From sequence record NC_070966.1: 64,000 nt of DNA; one strand, given 5' to 3'. The position numbers were made by a program, and so were the translations under genes. Under the pieces are notes generated by a model. It did no database searches and was not told the origin of the DNA. It saw nothing but the letters and a program-made list of their open reading frames with translations. Shown here piece by piece: positions 46,043 to 55,246 of the stretch (the first letter of the stretch is position 1; each line of letters opens with the position of its first letter).

Positions 46043-46069
46043 GCGAAGTAGAGGCCGGAGAGCCTTCCT
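46043..46069 (+). promoter_or_regulatory. Motif class A GCGAA-N13-AGCCTTCCT
   Basis: Exact consensus, heads the topoisomerase gene run. Confidence 0.75.
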
Positions 46070-46082
46070 TGTTAGACGTCAA

Positions 46083-46406
46083 TTGGTGATGAATATGAAA
46101 ATAAAACGTATATTTAAATCATTATTCTTTAGACGTAAGCATGTGATTGATAAATTAGTTCTCATAGGTAGAGCGTCTGATTATGTAAGTGATCCTTTTA
46201 TGGTTGGATCATATGCATGGAAGTCACTCTATGGTACTTACAAGTTACAAGTTGATTCTGTTGATGTAGCACAAGATAAAGTTGTCTTTTATTCGTACTA
46301 CATTGATCCTCACGGTAGCGAGTTCATTCAAGGTAACTATCGAGTAACAACAATCACTGAAATCGTTCGAAGAGTTAGAAGTTTAAGATTGTTGGTAGAT
46401 ATCTAA
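46083..46406 (+). CDS. Hypothetical protein (start uncertain)
   Basis: ORF; ATG alternatives at 46089 and 46095. Confidence 0.65.
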   Translation: MVMNMKIKRIFKSLFFRRKHVIDKLVLIGRASDYVSDPFMVGSYAWKSLYGTYKLQVDSVDVAQDKVVFYSYYIDPHGSEFIQGNYRVTTITEIVRRVRSLRLLVDI

Positions 46407-46594
46407 TGAATCCCTTTATAAAAGTAGAAACTGTCGATTGTAATTGTGACAAGATTATGTACCTTGTTCAGATATCAGACGGTCAAGAAGTGCATGAAGT
46501 ACAGATTGAATCTCCTGATTTAATCCCTGTACTAGGTCGTGGTATTGAGTTATTGAATGCGGCTAGACGTGCAGAGAGTAATGCTAAGACATGA
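46406..46594 (+). CDS. Hypothetical protein
   Basis: TAATG-coupled ORF. Confidence 0.65.
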   Translation: MNPFIKVETVDCNCDKIMYLVQISDGQEVHEVQIESPDLIPVLGRGIELLNAARRAESNAKT

Positions 46595-46609
46595 CAAAGG
46601 AGATACGAA

Positions 46610-46810
46610 ATGTCGAGCACCAGGGCTAAGAAAGAAGACTTGACTCCAGAGCAAATCATGGAGCTAAAGGAGACTCACGTTATCCTTCACGAGGATGATG
46701 TTTATATCGAGTTCGTTCCCAATATTGTGGAAACGATTATGCTCGATAAGTTTTTCAGTGCAATCAACCCAGAAGAAGAGAATAATGGCGACAACAACCT
46801 CACAACCTAG
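46610..46810 (+). CDS. Hypothetical protein
   Basis: AAGGAG RBS. Confidence 0.7.
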   Translation: MSSTRAKKEDLTPEQIMELKETHVILHEDDVYIEFVPNIVETIMLDKFFSAINPEEENNGDNNLTT

Positions 46811-48110
46811 TGCAGCTCCGATCGCACAGATTGAAGCTCGTAATCTTATCGAGGCTGATTATCTCGAGTACGGTGCATATGTGAACACGACTCGATCTGT
46901 TCCAGGCTATGATGGTCTGAAGTCAGGTCAACGTCGTGTTCTCTTTGCATTAAGAGATGTAGATGATGGATCTGATGAAATTCCTTCTCTGGAAGTAGTT
47001 ACTCAGACTCTGAAGAAGTACCATCCTCACGGTGATGCCTCTATCTACGATACGATGTGTCGACATATCCACAAGGGATTTATCGAAGGTCGTAGTAACT
47101 TTGGTACCAATCACTTGATGGAAGAAATCGGTGCAGCCGCATACCGATATACCTATGTGAAGCCTCATAAGCAATTCACTGATGGTGCGTTTCGATTCAT
47201 CGATCAGGTACCGACTGTTGAGAATGAATATGGTCTCAATGAACCTACGTATCTACCAGTACCGATTCCTCTAGGACTAACAACTGGTGCAAAAGGTATC
47301 GGTATTGGTCTTCTCTGCAACATTCCTGCATTTTCTCCTAAGTCTCTTTTTGATGCACTTATGGCAGATGATCCTTCTCGTCTGAAAGCACCTGCTGGTA
47401 CTTTCATTGTAAGTGGCGATATGGATAAGCTCTGGAAGACAGGTGAAGGCTGGATCCAATATGGTCTCAAGTGCTATCAGACTTGGCATGATCTGGACGG
47501 TAAGACCGTATCAGTTATTGAAGGATCTGGTCGTATCTTCAAGCCTCGTATTTGGGATACTTTCTCTACATTGATTGAAGATGAGAGTGTTTATACTCGA
47601 GACGAATCTGGTGAAAAGATCAAGATGATCATCACTCGAGTCAAGGGTCTTAAGCGTATTACTGATGAACAAGTTCACCAGATGGCTCAGCAAGCAGCTG
47701 TCGAGAAGATGTTCTTCCGTATCTACGTTACTGAGAACAAGGTCGTTTATCGTAAGTCGATGAAGGACTGGATGCAAGAATTGTGGGCTCGTTACGAGAA
47801 AGTAGTTGATACTTACAAGACCACTCAGGTTAACGATTTGAATCATCGAATCAGAATTCTGAATCTAATTCCTGTAGCAGCACCTGGCATTCTTCAGGAT
47901 CTTCCGATCTCTGAAATTGCTAAGACAACTGGAGCTAGTGAGGCTGATCTTCGAGAAGTCGAAGGTAAGTCGATCAAAATGCTCCGTAAGTCAGACTTTG
48001 GTGCTCAGATTACTGATCTCAATAAGAAGATTACCAATGTCCAGAAGATCAGTGCTAAGGCTCTAGCAGTTGACTTCGTTGATATGCTTGAGAAGGCTCA
48101 GGCTATCTAA
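46785..48110 (+). CDS. Type IIA topoisomerase subunit A (GyrA/ParC/gp52-like, no C-terminal pinwheel)
   Basis: DGLKSGQRR, KYHPHGDASIY, AAYRYT (catalytic Tyr), GIGIG. Confidence 0.92.
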   Translation: MATTTSQPSAAPIAQIEARNLIEADYLEYGAYVNTTRSVPGYDGLKSGQRRVLFALRDVDDGSDEIPSLEVVTQTLKKYHPHGDASIYDTMCRHIHKGFIEGRSNFGTNHLMEEIGAAAYRYTYVKPHKQFTDGAFRFIDQVPTVENEYGLNEPTYLPVPIPLGLTTGAKGIGIGLLCNIPAFSPKSLFDALMADDPSRLKAPAGTFIVSGDMDKLWKTGEGWIQYGLKCYQTWHDLDGKTVSVIEGSGRIFKPRIWDTFSTLIEDESVYTRDESGEKIKMIITRVKGLKRITDEQVHQMAQQAAVEKMFFRIYVTENKVVYRKSMKDWMQELWARYEKVVDTYKTTQVNDLNHRIRILNLIPVAAPGILQDLPISEIAKTTGASEADLREVEGKSIKMLRKSDFGAQITDLNKKITNVQKISAKALAVDFVDMLEKAQAI

Positions 48111-48136
48111 ACTCATTTATAAATCGAGGAGTCAAT

Positions 48137-50083
48137 ATGACTGAATCAATTTCGATTATGACGCCACTCCAGCAGATGTTCCATCGTCGTGGTATGTACA
48201 TCGGTGGCGCTGAGAATCCTGAAATCCTAGCTAAGGAACTTATCGATAACGCACTCGATGAACTCCTCTGCGGTTATGCCGATCGAATTGAATTCGATTG
48301 GGATCTCAAAGAAGGATGGTTCAGGATTCGAGATAATGGTAGAGGCATGCCTCTATCTCAGTTCCATACTGAAGATCAGGACATGTCTGGATTGAATGGA
48401 GCTATTCAGGCTCGTCTTCTCTTCACTCGACCATTCTCGTCTGGTAAGTACGACAAGAATAACTACAAGTATTCGTCCGGTACGAATGGTGTAGGTATCA
48501 AGGCAGTCAACGTTTTCAGTACGAAGACTGAAGTACGTGTCAAGGATAAGAAGCTCGTTCATAATGGCGATCTGTATCATCTCACTCTTGGATGGACTGA
48601 GCCAGAACGTGTCCAGACAATTGATGAGCAGTGGATTGATGCTAGCACGATTGAAGACTTCTGGTGGTCTACTGAAGTCAAATGCTATCCGAATATGGAA
48701 GTCTTTAAGACGATCAAGTGCAAGATTCGTGAGACTCAGCTTCAGCTAGCTAAGACTTCGAAGCCTACCTGTAAGATCGTTGTCAATGGTGAAGAGATCA
48801 AGCCATTCTCATTCCGTGAGAGTGTTACTAATGATCTCCTTCTGAATAAGACTTTCAAAGTCAATGTCACGGTTGGATATACCAACTTCGAGATTGAACT
48901 TGGATGGTCCTCTAAAGATTTCAATTCCTACTATCGTGGAGCAGTCAATCTTGGTTCATGTAATGAAGGTTGGCATATCAAGGAGACCAAGTATGCAGTA
49001 GGTCGAGTACTTGCTGGATATGATGATCTGTTGACTAACTCGGATGCCGAGTACGGTCTCCGTATGTTTATCAACTGCCTGATCTCTGAACCGATCTACA
49101 CTTCTCAGACCAAGGAGAAGTTAGCTGGTGTGACTGACTTCGATGTATTCAATGAAGCATTGATGCGTAAGAAGTATGCCGATCTTATCGAGAAGGATGA
49201 GAACGGTAGAGAGAATGTCGTCAAGGCTAAGGAAGCAGTCAAGAATGATCCTGAATTCCTGAAACCTGAGTTGCTCTATGCTGCTATTCAGAAAGCTGTC
49301 AAGAAAGAACTTGACCAGGATGAATCGTTCAAGACAGTTCTTGTTAAGAGAATTGTTGAGTACAAGAAATCTGTCCAGAAACTATCTGAGCAGAGCTTCA
49401 TCAATTCTATCGTTAAGACTGGCAATCATAAGATCGCTAGAAATTCGGTAGTAGGTATCAAGGAAGCAGGGTCTGCTGATCGTGCTAAGTGCGAACTCTT
49501 CATCTGCGAAGGTAAGTCTGCAGAAGGTAATCTTCTTCAGAAGAGAGATCGTATGTTCCAGGCAGTCTTCCCTCTTCGTGGTAAGCCATTGAATGCTGCC
49601 AATGTGAGTGACATCAAACAGATTCTTGAGAATCGTGAGATGAAGACTCTGGTCAACGGTATCGGTGCAGGTATTCTTCCTCAGGTCGATCTTACTCATG
49701 CTCGTTATGGTAAGTTGATCATCCTTACAGACGCTGACCCAGACGGTAAGAATATTGAAGCTCTCATTATCGGAGCTCTCTTGTTCTTGAATCCTAAGGT
49801 CATTGAAGCAGGTATGCTATATACAGTAGCTGCTCCTCTGTACAAGCAGGATGGTAAGCTTCTATATTCAGAGAAGGATCTGAATATGAAGAAGAAATTC
49901 AAGAGATTCAAAGGTCTCGGATCGATGATGGCTGATGAACTTGAAGCTAGTGCTCTGAAGTCAACTACACGTAAGCTACGTCAAATCACATTAACTGAAG
50001 CTCGTGAGAAAGCTCTCGAAATCATTACTTCTTCTCACGAGAAGAAGCGTATTATGACAACCAATAAAATCCTAGTCGAGTAA
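48137..50083 (+). CDS. Type IIA topoisomerase subunit B (GyrB/ParE-like)
   Basis: MYIGG, ELIDNALDE, DNGRGMP, GTNGVG, EGKSA, PLRGK, TDADPDG, RFKGLG. Confidence 0.95.
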   Translation: MTESISIMTPLQQMFHRRGMYIGGAENPEILAKELIDNALDELLCGYADRIEFDWDLKEGWFRIRDNGRGMPLSQFHTEDQDMSGLNGAIQARLLFTRPFSSGKYDKNNYKYSSGTNGVGIKAVNVFSTKTEVRVKDKKLVHNGDLYHLTLGWTEPERVQTIDEQWIDASTIEDFWWSTEVKCYPNMEVFKTIKCKIRETQLQLAKTSKPTCKIVVNGEEIKPFSFRESVTNDLLLNKTFKVNVTVGYTNFEIELGWSSKDFNSYYRGAVNLGSCNEGWHIKETKYAVGRVLAGYDDLLTNSDAEYGLRMFINCLISEPIYTSQTKEKLAGVTDFDVFNEALMRKKYADLIEKDENGRENVVKAKEAVKNDPEFLKPELLYAAIQKAVKKELDQDESFKTVLVKRIVEYKKSVQKLSEQSFINSIVKTGNHKIARNSVVGIKEAGSADRAKCELFICEGKSAEGNLLQKRDRMFQAVFPLRGKPLNAANVSDIKQILENREMKTLVNGIGAGILPQVDLTHARYGKLIILTDADPDGKNIEALIIGALLFLNPKVIEAGMLYTVAAPLYKQDGKLLYSEKDLNMKKKFKRFKGLGSMMADELEASALKSTTRKLRQITLTEAREKALEIITSSHEKKRIMTTNKILVE

Positions 50084-50085
50084 CA

Positions 50086-50985
50086 ATGAACGATTTTAAT
50101 GTAATCCTTACAGGTTCTGCTGGTTACATTGGAAGCATCGTTGGCGATCGTCTACTGAAATCCAATTCGATTGATTTGGAGACAGTAGACGTCGTCTCTG
50201 ACGTTCTTCCAGTAGATACTATCTTAACTGAAGTTGGTAATCTATCCAACAAGTCATCTGATGTCCTTGTTCATCTTGCTGCAAAGATCTCAGTAGTCGA
50301 ATCTCATAAGCAAGCTCGTCAGTACTACGAGAACAATTGTAGTCAATTCCATGAGATGTTGAATGATCGTGGTAACTATTTCAAGCATGTTATCTATGCA
50401 TCCTCTTTCTCGATTTATGATTCTGATTTGAGTATCTATCCTCAGTCTGTCTATGCATCCACCAAATACGAAGGTGAATGGATTCTCAAGAGATGGGCTC
50501 AGATGACGAATCGAGATTATTCAATCCTACGATTTGCCAATCCAATTGGCGTTAGTCAATCACTTCACTCTCATATTGCAGACCGTATTCAATCGAGCTA
50601 TGCTAATGTTATGTGGAGACTTGCTCGATGCAAATTACTAGGTGAGATGTTCTACATTCATGATCTACCTGGTATGACACGTGATTTTTATCCCGTTGAA
50701 TGGATTGGATACGCTATCGATTGGATCGCGAAGAATGGTCCCGTAGGTACTGTAAATCTAGGTAGTGGTAAGCCTGTATCGGTTATGGATCTTCTTCAGC
50801 ATATCTGTGAGAAGTATAATATCAGTTACAAATATGTTCTACCACCTGAAGGTACTGCTCTAGGTATTACCAAGAAGGTTGATGTATTCAAAGAAGGTAT
50901 TCCTGATTTTGATACATACGATCCAGTTGTATATTGTGAGAAGTCGTTTTTAGATTATCTATCGTTGATTCAGAACGCGAACTAA
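50086..50985 (+). CDS. NAD-dependent epimerase/dehydratase (GalE-like SDR)
   Basis: TGSAGYIG, HLAAKISVVES, YASTK (YxxxK), LRFANPIG. Confidence 0.88.
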   Translation: MNDFNVILTGSAGYIGSIVGDRLLKSNSIDLETVDVVSDVLPVDTILTEVGNLSNKSSDVLVHLAAKISVVESHKQARQYYENNCSQFHEMLNDRGNYFKHVIYASSFSIYDSDLSIYPQSVYASTKYEGEWILKRWAQMTNRDYSILRFANPIGVSQSLHSHIADRIQSSYANVMWRLARCKLLGEMFYIHDLPGMTRDFYPVEWIGYAIDWIAKNGPVGTVNLGSGKPVSVMDLLQHICEKYNISYKYVLPPEGTALGITKKVDVFKEGIPDFDTYDPVVYCEKSFLDYLSLIQNAN

Positions 50986-51003
50986 CGCTAGATTAGCCTT
51001 CCT
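50977..51003 (+). promoter_or_regulatory. Motif class A GCGAA-N13-AGCCTTCCT
   Basis: Exact consensus upstream of the glycosyltransferase genes. Confidence 0.75.
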
Positions 51004-51030
51004 TCTCGTAGAATGAATAAGAGGATCACC

Positions 51031-51213
51031 ATGAAAGATCTACGTGAATTCAAATCTAAGCTTGATGCTAAGTTCGATACTCAGACATCTTGGGGTAAGA
51101 ATCAGATCAAGCAAGTCATCAATGATACTTATATTGAAATCATTGAAAGTAAAGTAGAAGGTACTATCGAGCAGTCGACTCCTTCTAATCGTATCGACGA
51201 AGACTCTAAGTAA
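51031..51213 (+). CDS. Hypothetical protein
   Basis: GAGGA RBS favours ATG 51031. Confidence 0.7.
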   Translation: MKDLREFKSKLDAKFDTQTSWGKNQIKQVINDTYIEIIESKVEGTIEQSTPSNRIDEDSK

Positions 51214-51235
51214 TTTTCTAGTCAAGGTTAACAAT

Positions 51236-52423
51236 ATGAATTTTCTTTATATCACAAGAAGCATTGATCCGCTAGCTGCTGATCATCGTCCTGAAGCATA
51301 TGATCGTTATCGATTCTATGCTCCGATGATGTCACGACTAGCTGAGATCGGTGGAGGTGACGTCTACCTTCAGACTCGTTATAATCCTAAGGATTATCGT
51401 CCTGGTGGTACGATTGAAAGAATGGAAAGAAATTTCCGTCTTCCTAAGAAGTACAAGACTGGTGATAAGATTGATATGATCGTATGTGCCATCTTCTGCC
51501 CAGACGATGACATTACATTCAATGAGGATCTGAACAAGTTTCGTCAGACTCTTGAAGATACAGGTGCTCCGTATATCTATCATGACTCTGACAAAGAATT
51601 CTCTACTCAGGACGATCAGCAAGATCTTTTCCATCCAGGAAATAAGAACTATTTCCTTCAGACAATATCTAAGCTTCCAGAGGATGATATTCTCCGATCC
51701 CGACTACGCTGCGTGGCTACGTCGGTTCCGGATGCAGATTATCATCAGATTCTGAAGGATAATCTCAAGGTCGATGTAACGTATCTACCTGCTACGTTCT
51801 GGGGAGACTGGAAAGATAAGTTTGGATACACTCCTCTTTCAGATCGTAAGTACGATCTGACATTCCTTCGTGACTTCTATCTGAATCCGAAGCGTTCAGT
51901 CATTTTGAAGAATCTTGGTACTGGTGTATCGGATATCAGTGTTCTTCTTGGATCTCGTAGTGGCGACCCTTCTAGTCGTGGAGGATACATCAGCCATAAG
52001 GTTCCGACGATTGATTTTGATCAGATGCGTCAAGGAGCTACGTACAATGATCTATCGAAGTACATGTCTAAGTCTCGTCTGACTCCGTCTACGAGTATTT
52101 ATATGCGTGTCACTTCTAAGCTATTCGAAGCAGCTGAGAGTCGTACTCTAGCACTACTCTTCTCTCCGTGCTTCTATTCAGACGTAGTTGATCATCCTTC
52201 TGAGGCAGATGCTTATCTGAGTCAACTTGCTCTTGTAATTCCAGGATCCACTACTGTAAGTCAGTTGATTACACGTATTCGTAGTCTGACTGATGAAGAA
52301 TACTTGAAGCTTGTTGAGGTTCAGGATAAGCTCGTTGAGACTGTATTCAGTATCAAATCTGATTACATCACAGGCAAGCTGACCAAGATCATCACGGATT
52401 ATGTAGGTAATGTGAATGGCTAA
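51236..52423 (+). CDS. Putative GT-B glycosyltransferase (DNA beta-glucosyltransferase-like)
   Basis: C-terminal half YDLTF..., TSKLFEA, LITRIRSL..EEY....QD loosely resembles T4 BGT; next to the epimerase and GT-A genes. Confidence 0.45.
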   Translation: MNFLYITRSIDPLAADHRPEAYDRYRFYAPMMSRLAEIGGGDVYLQTRYNPKDYRPGGTIERMERNFRLPKKYKTGDKIDMIVCAIFCPDDDITFNEDLNKFRQTLEDTGAPYIYHDSDKEFSTQDDQQDLFHPGNKNYFLQTISKLPEDDILRSRLRCVATSVPDADYHQILKDNLKVDVTYLPATFWGDWKDKFGYTPLSDRKYDLTFLRDFYLNPKRSVILKNLGTGVSDISVLLGSRSGDPSSRGGYISHKVPTIDFDQMRQGATYNDLSKYMSKSRLTPSTSIYMRVTSKLFEAAESRTLALLFSPCFYSDVVDHPSEADAYLSQLALVIPGSTTVSQLITRIRSLTDEEYLKLVEVQDKLVETVFSIKSDYITGKLTKIITDYVGNVNG

Positions 52424-53294
52424 TGTTCTAGTTACTCTCATTACCAATCGACCAGATATTTCTTCGGAACGATGGATCGGTACCATCGGAAAGCTATCTA
52501 AGCTTTCCGAGTACCATGATATGACCTACTCGATTCTTCTACAACCTCCTTTTACAGTAGAAGACTGTGATAAAGTTCGTTCTCGAGTAGTTGAAGCACT
52601 CGGTCCTAAGAATCAGGTAGTCGTAGAGCATTTTATTAATCCTCCAGGTCCATTCAATTTTAGAACTGCTCGAAATCAGGCTATGTTGAATGTACCGTAT
52701 CTGAATACTTTTGACTACGTTCTTATCACTGACGATGACTTCAAGTTCAGTGGTCCTACTCCTAAGGGATATGACTCATGGGAACGTTATCATCAGGCTA
52801 TTAAGTATCTCGATGAAAACCGTCGATGCGGTGGTGTATTAATCAAAGGTATGTTTGGATCTCCTCCAGTCGATAAGGGTGGAAATGAGGTATCAAAGGT
52901 ACATGACGAGTACTACTCGACCAATCGAGGCATTCTTCATCGTAATGTGATGAAGTACGATAACGTAGATTGGATCTACTCAAATGAATGCTTCGATTAT
53001 CCTTCTGCTCTCGAGGATGCAGCAGCTTGTTTCTCTCGAATTGAGCTCGGCTACTATTATGCTCGTATCTGGAAGTCACCCACCACACCTCTTCCTGTGA
53101 AGCAGACATGTGCTGATGACATCCCTGATGACAATATCTACTCGCGACATATGGTCAATGAAGTAGGTATTGGTAAAGCTATCCGTGAACGTTACGACGA
53201 TCCTACATGGGAAGTCGATCAGAAGCGTATGCCTAAGAAACTCAACAATCTTAAACTCGAAGCCATGAACAATCGTGGATGGGTTGTAACCTAA
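52416..53294 (+). CDS. Putative GT-A (GT2-like) glycosyltransferase
   Basis: FRTARNQAM, YVLITDDDFKF (DxD), LEDA. Confidence 0.6.
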   Translation: MANVLVTLITNRPDISSERWIGTIGKLSKLSEYHDMTYSILLQPPFTVEDCDKVRSRVVEALGPKNQVVVEHFINPPGPFNFRTARNQAMLNVPYLNTFDYVLITDDDFKFSGPTPKGYDSWERYHQAIKYLDENRRCGGVLIKGMFGSPPVDKGGNEVSKVHDEYYSTNRGILHRNVMKYDNVDWIYSNECFDYPSALEDAAACFSRIELGYYYARIWKSPTTPLPVKQTCADDIPDDNIYSRHMVNEVGIGKAIRERYDDPTWEVDQKRMPKKLNNLKLEAMNNRGWVVT

Positions 53295-53305
53295 GGAGTC
53301 TCGAC

Positions 53306-53545
53306 ATGAAACATCTTCTTGAGAAAGCAACGACTCTCGTCAAGCAGTCTAATAAACTGACTCTGGAATACCGTAAGTCTCCAGATGAATTGAAATCTAA
53401 GACTCAAGAGATCGTCAAGCACTTTCTCGAATTCAACGAGATCGAATCGAAAGAAGATTTCATAGATCAATTGTCGTCCAAATCTGAGGAGACAGGTAAT
53501 ATGGATTACCTGTCTGCAGCTGAGATTATCCGAGAGTACTCTTAA
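53306..53545 (+). CDS. Hypothetical protein
   Basis: AAGGAG RBS before ATG 53306. Confidence 0.75.
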   Translation: MKHLLEKATTLVKQSNKLTLEYRKSPDELKSKTQEIVKHFLEFNEIESKEDFIDQLSSKSEETGNMDYLSAAEIIREYS

Positions 53546-53850
53546 TGTTTAAAATTACTGTAGAGTCGTCTCAACCTGTTAAGAGTATCAACATTGAGTT
53601 CGGTGAAACTCAGGAGACGAAGGCTGAATTCTATCCTGTACCGACCTTTGAGACTAAAGGTGTAGAGAGTCTTAAATACGAGACTCCTCCTTCATCTGAG
53701 TCATATGAAGACGTTCTAGCAAGACGAGCATCGACTGTATCGACTACTCCTGTAAAGCCTAAAGAGACTGAGACTGCTCCAGAAGTAGTCGAGGATCTCA
53801 CTAATCGACCTGCACTTGTTGATCAATCCTTTGCAGGATCTACTTTCTAA
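53545..53850 (+). CDS. Hypothetical protein
   Basis: TAATG-coupled; MFKITVES. Confidence 0.75.
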   Translation: MFKITVESSQPVKSINIEFGETQETKAEFYPVPTFETKGVESLKYETPPSSESYEDVLARRASTVSTTPVKPKETETAPEVVEDLTNRPALVDQSFAGSTF

Positions 53851-53858
53851 GAGGTAAT

Positions 53859-54824
53859 ATGAAAACTGTATTAGGTCTTGATCCTGGGTACGGAGACTTC
53901 AAGGTATGCTTCGGTAATTCTAAAGGGATTATCTCTAAGCTATACAAGTTCAACTCCGTACTAGGTCGTGTTGATGTCAGTCAACATATCAACGATACTC
54001 GAGTTTATGGATATAAAGGTACGACCTACTATGTAGGTGAGATGGCCTTGAAACTTGAGTCATCTCGAATCATCGACTTGATGTCTTACAACAATCTGGA
54101 GACATTCTCTCCTCTCCTGATTGAACATGTCATCAATGAACTAGGAGAAGTTCCAGATATCGTCGTATGTGGTCTTTCGATCGCTCACGTTGACTATTCA
54201 GGATACTATCGAGATGCGATTCTTAACTATCTTGTTAAGGAGAAGAATCTTCCAATCAAGGATGTCCGCATCATCCCACAAGGTGTAGGTGGTAAGTTAA
54301 CGTATGACAAGTATGGTCGTACATTCCCTGCCCTCACATCAGAATTCAGTGATGACAACAACTATGTAGGTTGTGATATTGGATTCAATACACTCGATGT
54401 ATTCCATGTCATTCAGAACAAGGTATCTCCTAACTTGATTAGAGGTATTGAGAGTCAAGGTGTAGTCAAGATCGTAACTCGACTTCTTGAGTATATCAAG
54501 AATGACTACAGTCTGGAGTTCTCTGTTAAGGAAGGTAAGAACATCCTTGATAATGGTCAATTTAAGATCCGTGGACGTGAATTTGATGTCACCAAACAGA
54601 TTGAAGTGATCAAACGTTCTTATCTTGAAGAAGTCAAGGAACTCATCGAGAATGAATTCGGAGCAGTACTTGACAAGGTCGAGAAGATCAAGATGTTTGG
54701 AGGAGGTTCATATCTCTTCAATACGATGAATGACTCCTTCATCGAAACTCCAGAATCTCGTGCTGAATACTATAATTCCATCGGGAATTATCTACATGGC
54801 TTGACAATTGTCGAGAAAGATTAA
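53859..54824 (+). CDS. ParM/StbA-family actin-like ATPase
   Basis: Phosphate-1 GLDPGYGDFK, connect PQGVGG, phosphate-2 CDIGFNTLD, adenosine GGGS. Confidence 0.88.
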   Translation: MKTVLGLDPGYGDFKVCFGNSKGIISKLYKFNSVLGRVDVSQHINDTRVYGYKGTTYYVGEMALKLESSRIIDLMSYNNLETFSPLLIEHVINELGEVPDIVVCGLSIAHVDYSGYYRDAILNYLVKEKNLPIKDVRIIPQGVGGKLTYDKYGRTFPALTSEFSDDNNYVGCDIGFNTLDVFHVIQNKVSPNLIRGIESQGVVKIVTRLLEYIKNDYSLEFSVKEGKNILDNGQFKIRGREFDVTKQIEVIKRSYLEEVKELIENEFGAVLDKVEKIKMFGGGSYLFNTMNDSFIETPESRAEYYNSIGNYLHGLTIVEKD

Positions 54825-54828
54825 TCTT

Positions 54829-54868
54829 AAGGTCTACTAGAAGAGATTCTAGTAGACCTTTTCTTTTT
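54829..54868 (+). terminator. Intrinsic terminator
   Basis: AAGGTCTACTAGAA/TTCTAGTAGACCTT stem followed by TTCTTTTT. Confidence 0.85.
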
Positions 54869-54877
54869 GAGGATAAA

Positions 54878-55237
54878 ATGCTCAAATTAGATAGAAGTGT
54901 CAAAGAGTCTGAGTGTCTACACTACGAATTTGATATTAATGGTGGTTATAGCATTACACTAAAAATCGTCTTTGATGATACTGAAGAGAATGCGATTCAC
55001 TTTGATTCTCATGATCACGATGTTCAGATTAATGGATTTAAATATTATATTTTAGACTCAGATACATACAGTAATGGGACATCAATGAGGATTATGAAGA
55101 TATCGTCTACAAATGATGATAGTGCTAAATACCTGATGTCTTATATTGAAGGTTTTATCATCAAAAATAAATTAGGAAACTCTAGCGGACTTCGATATAG
55201 ATCTTATATACGATCAGATCAACATTCACTCAAGTGA
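54878..55237 (+). CDS. Hypothetical protein
   Basis: GAGGA RBS. Confidence 0.7.
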   Translation: MLKLDRSVKESECLHYEFDINGGYSITLKIVFDDTEENAIHFDSHDHDVQINGFKYYILDSDTYSNGTSMRIMKISSTNDDSAKYLMSYIEGFIIKNKLGNSSGLRYRSYIRSDQHSLK

Positions 55238-55246
55238 GGACAGAAG

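Noticed and set aside
17208-50083. Inteins or group I introns in nrdA, dnaB or the topoisomerase subunits
   Set aside because: Protein lengths are normal or short, motifs are contiguous, and no C...HN intein ends were seen.
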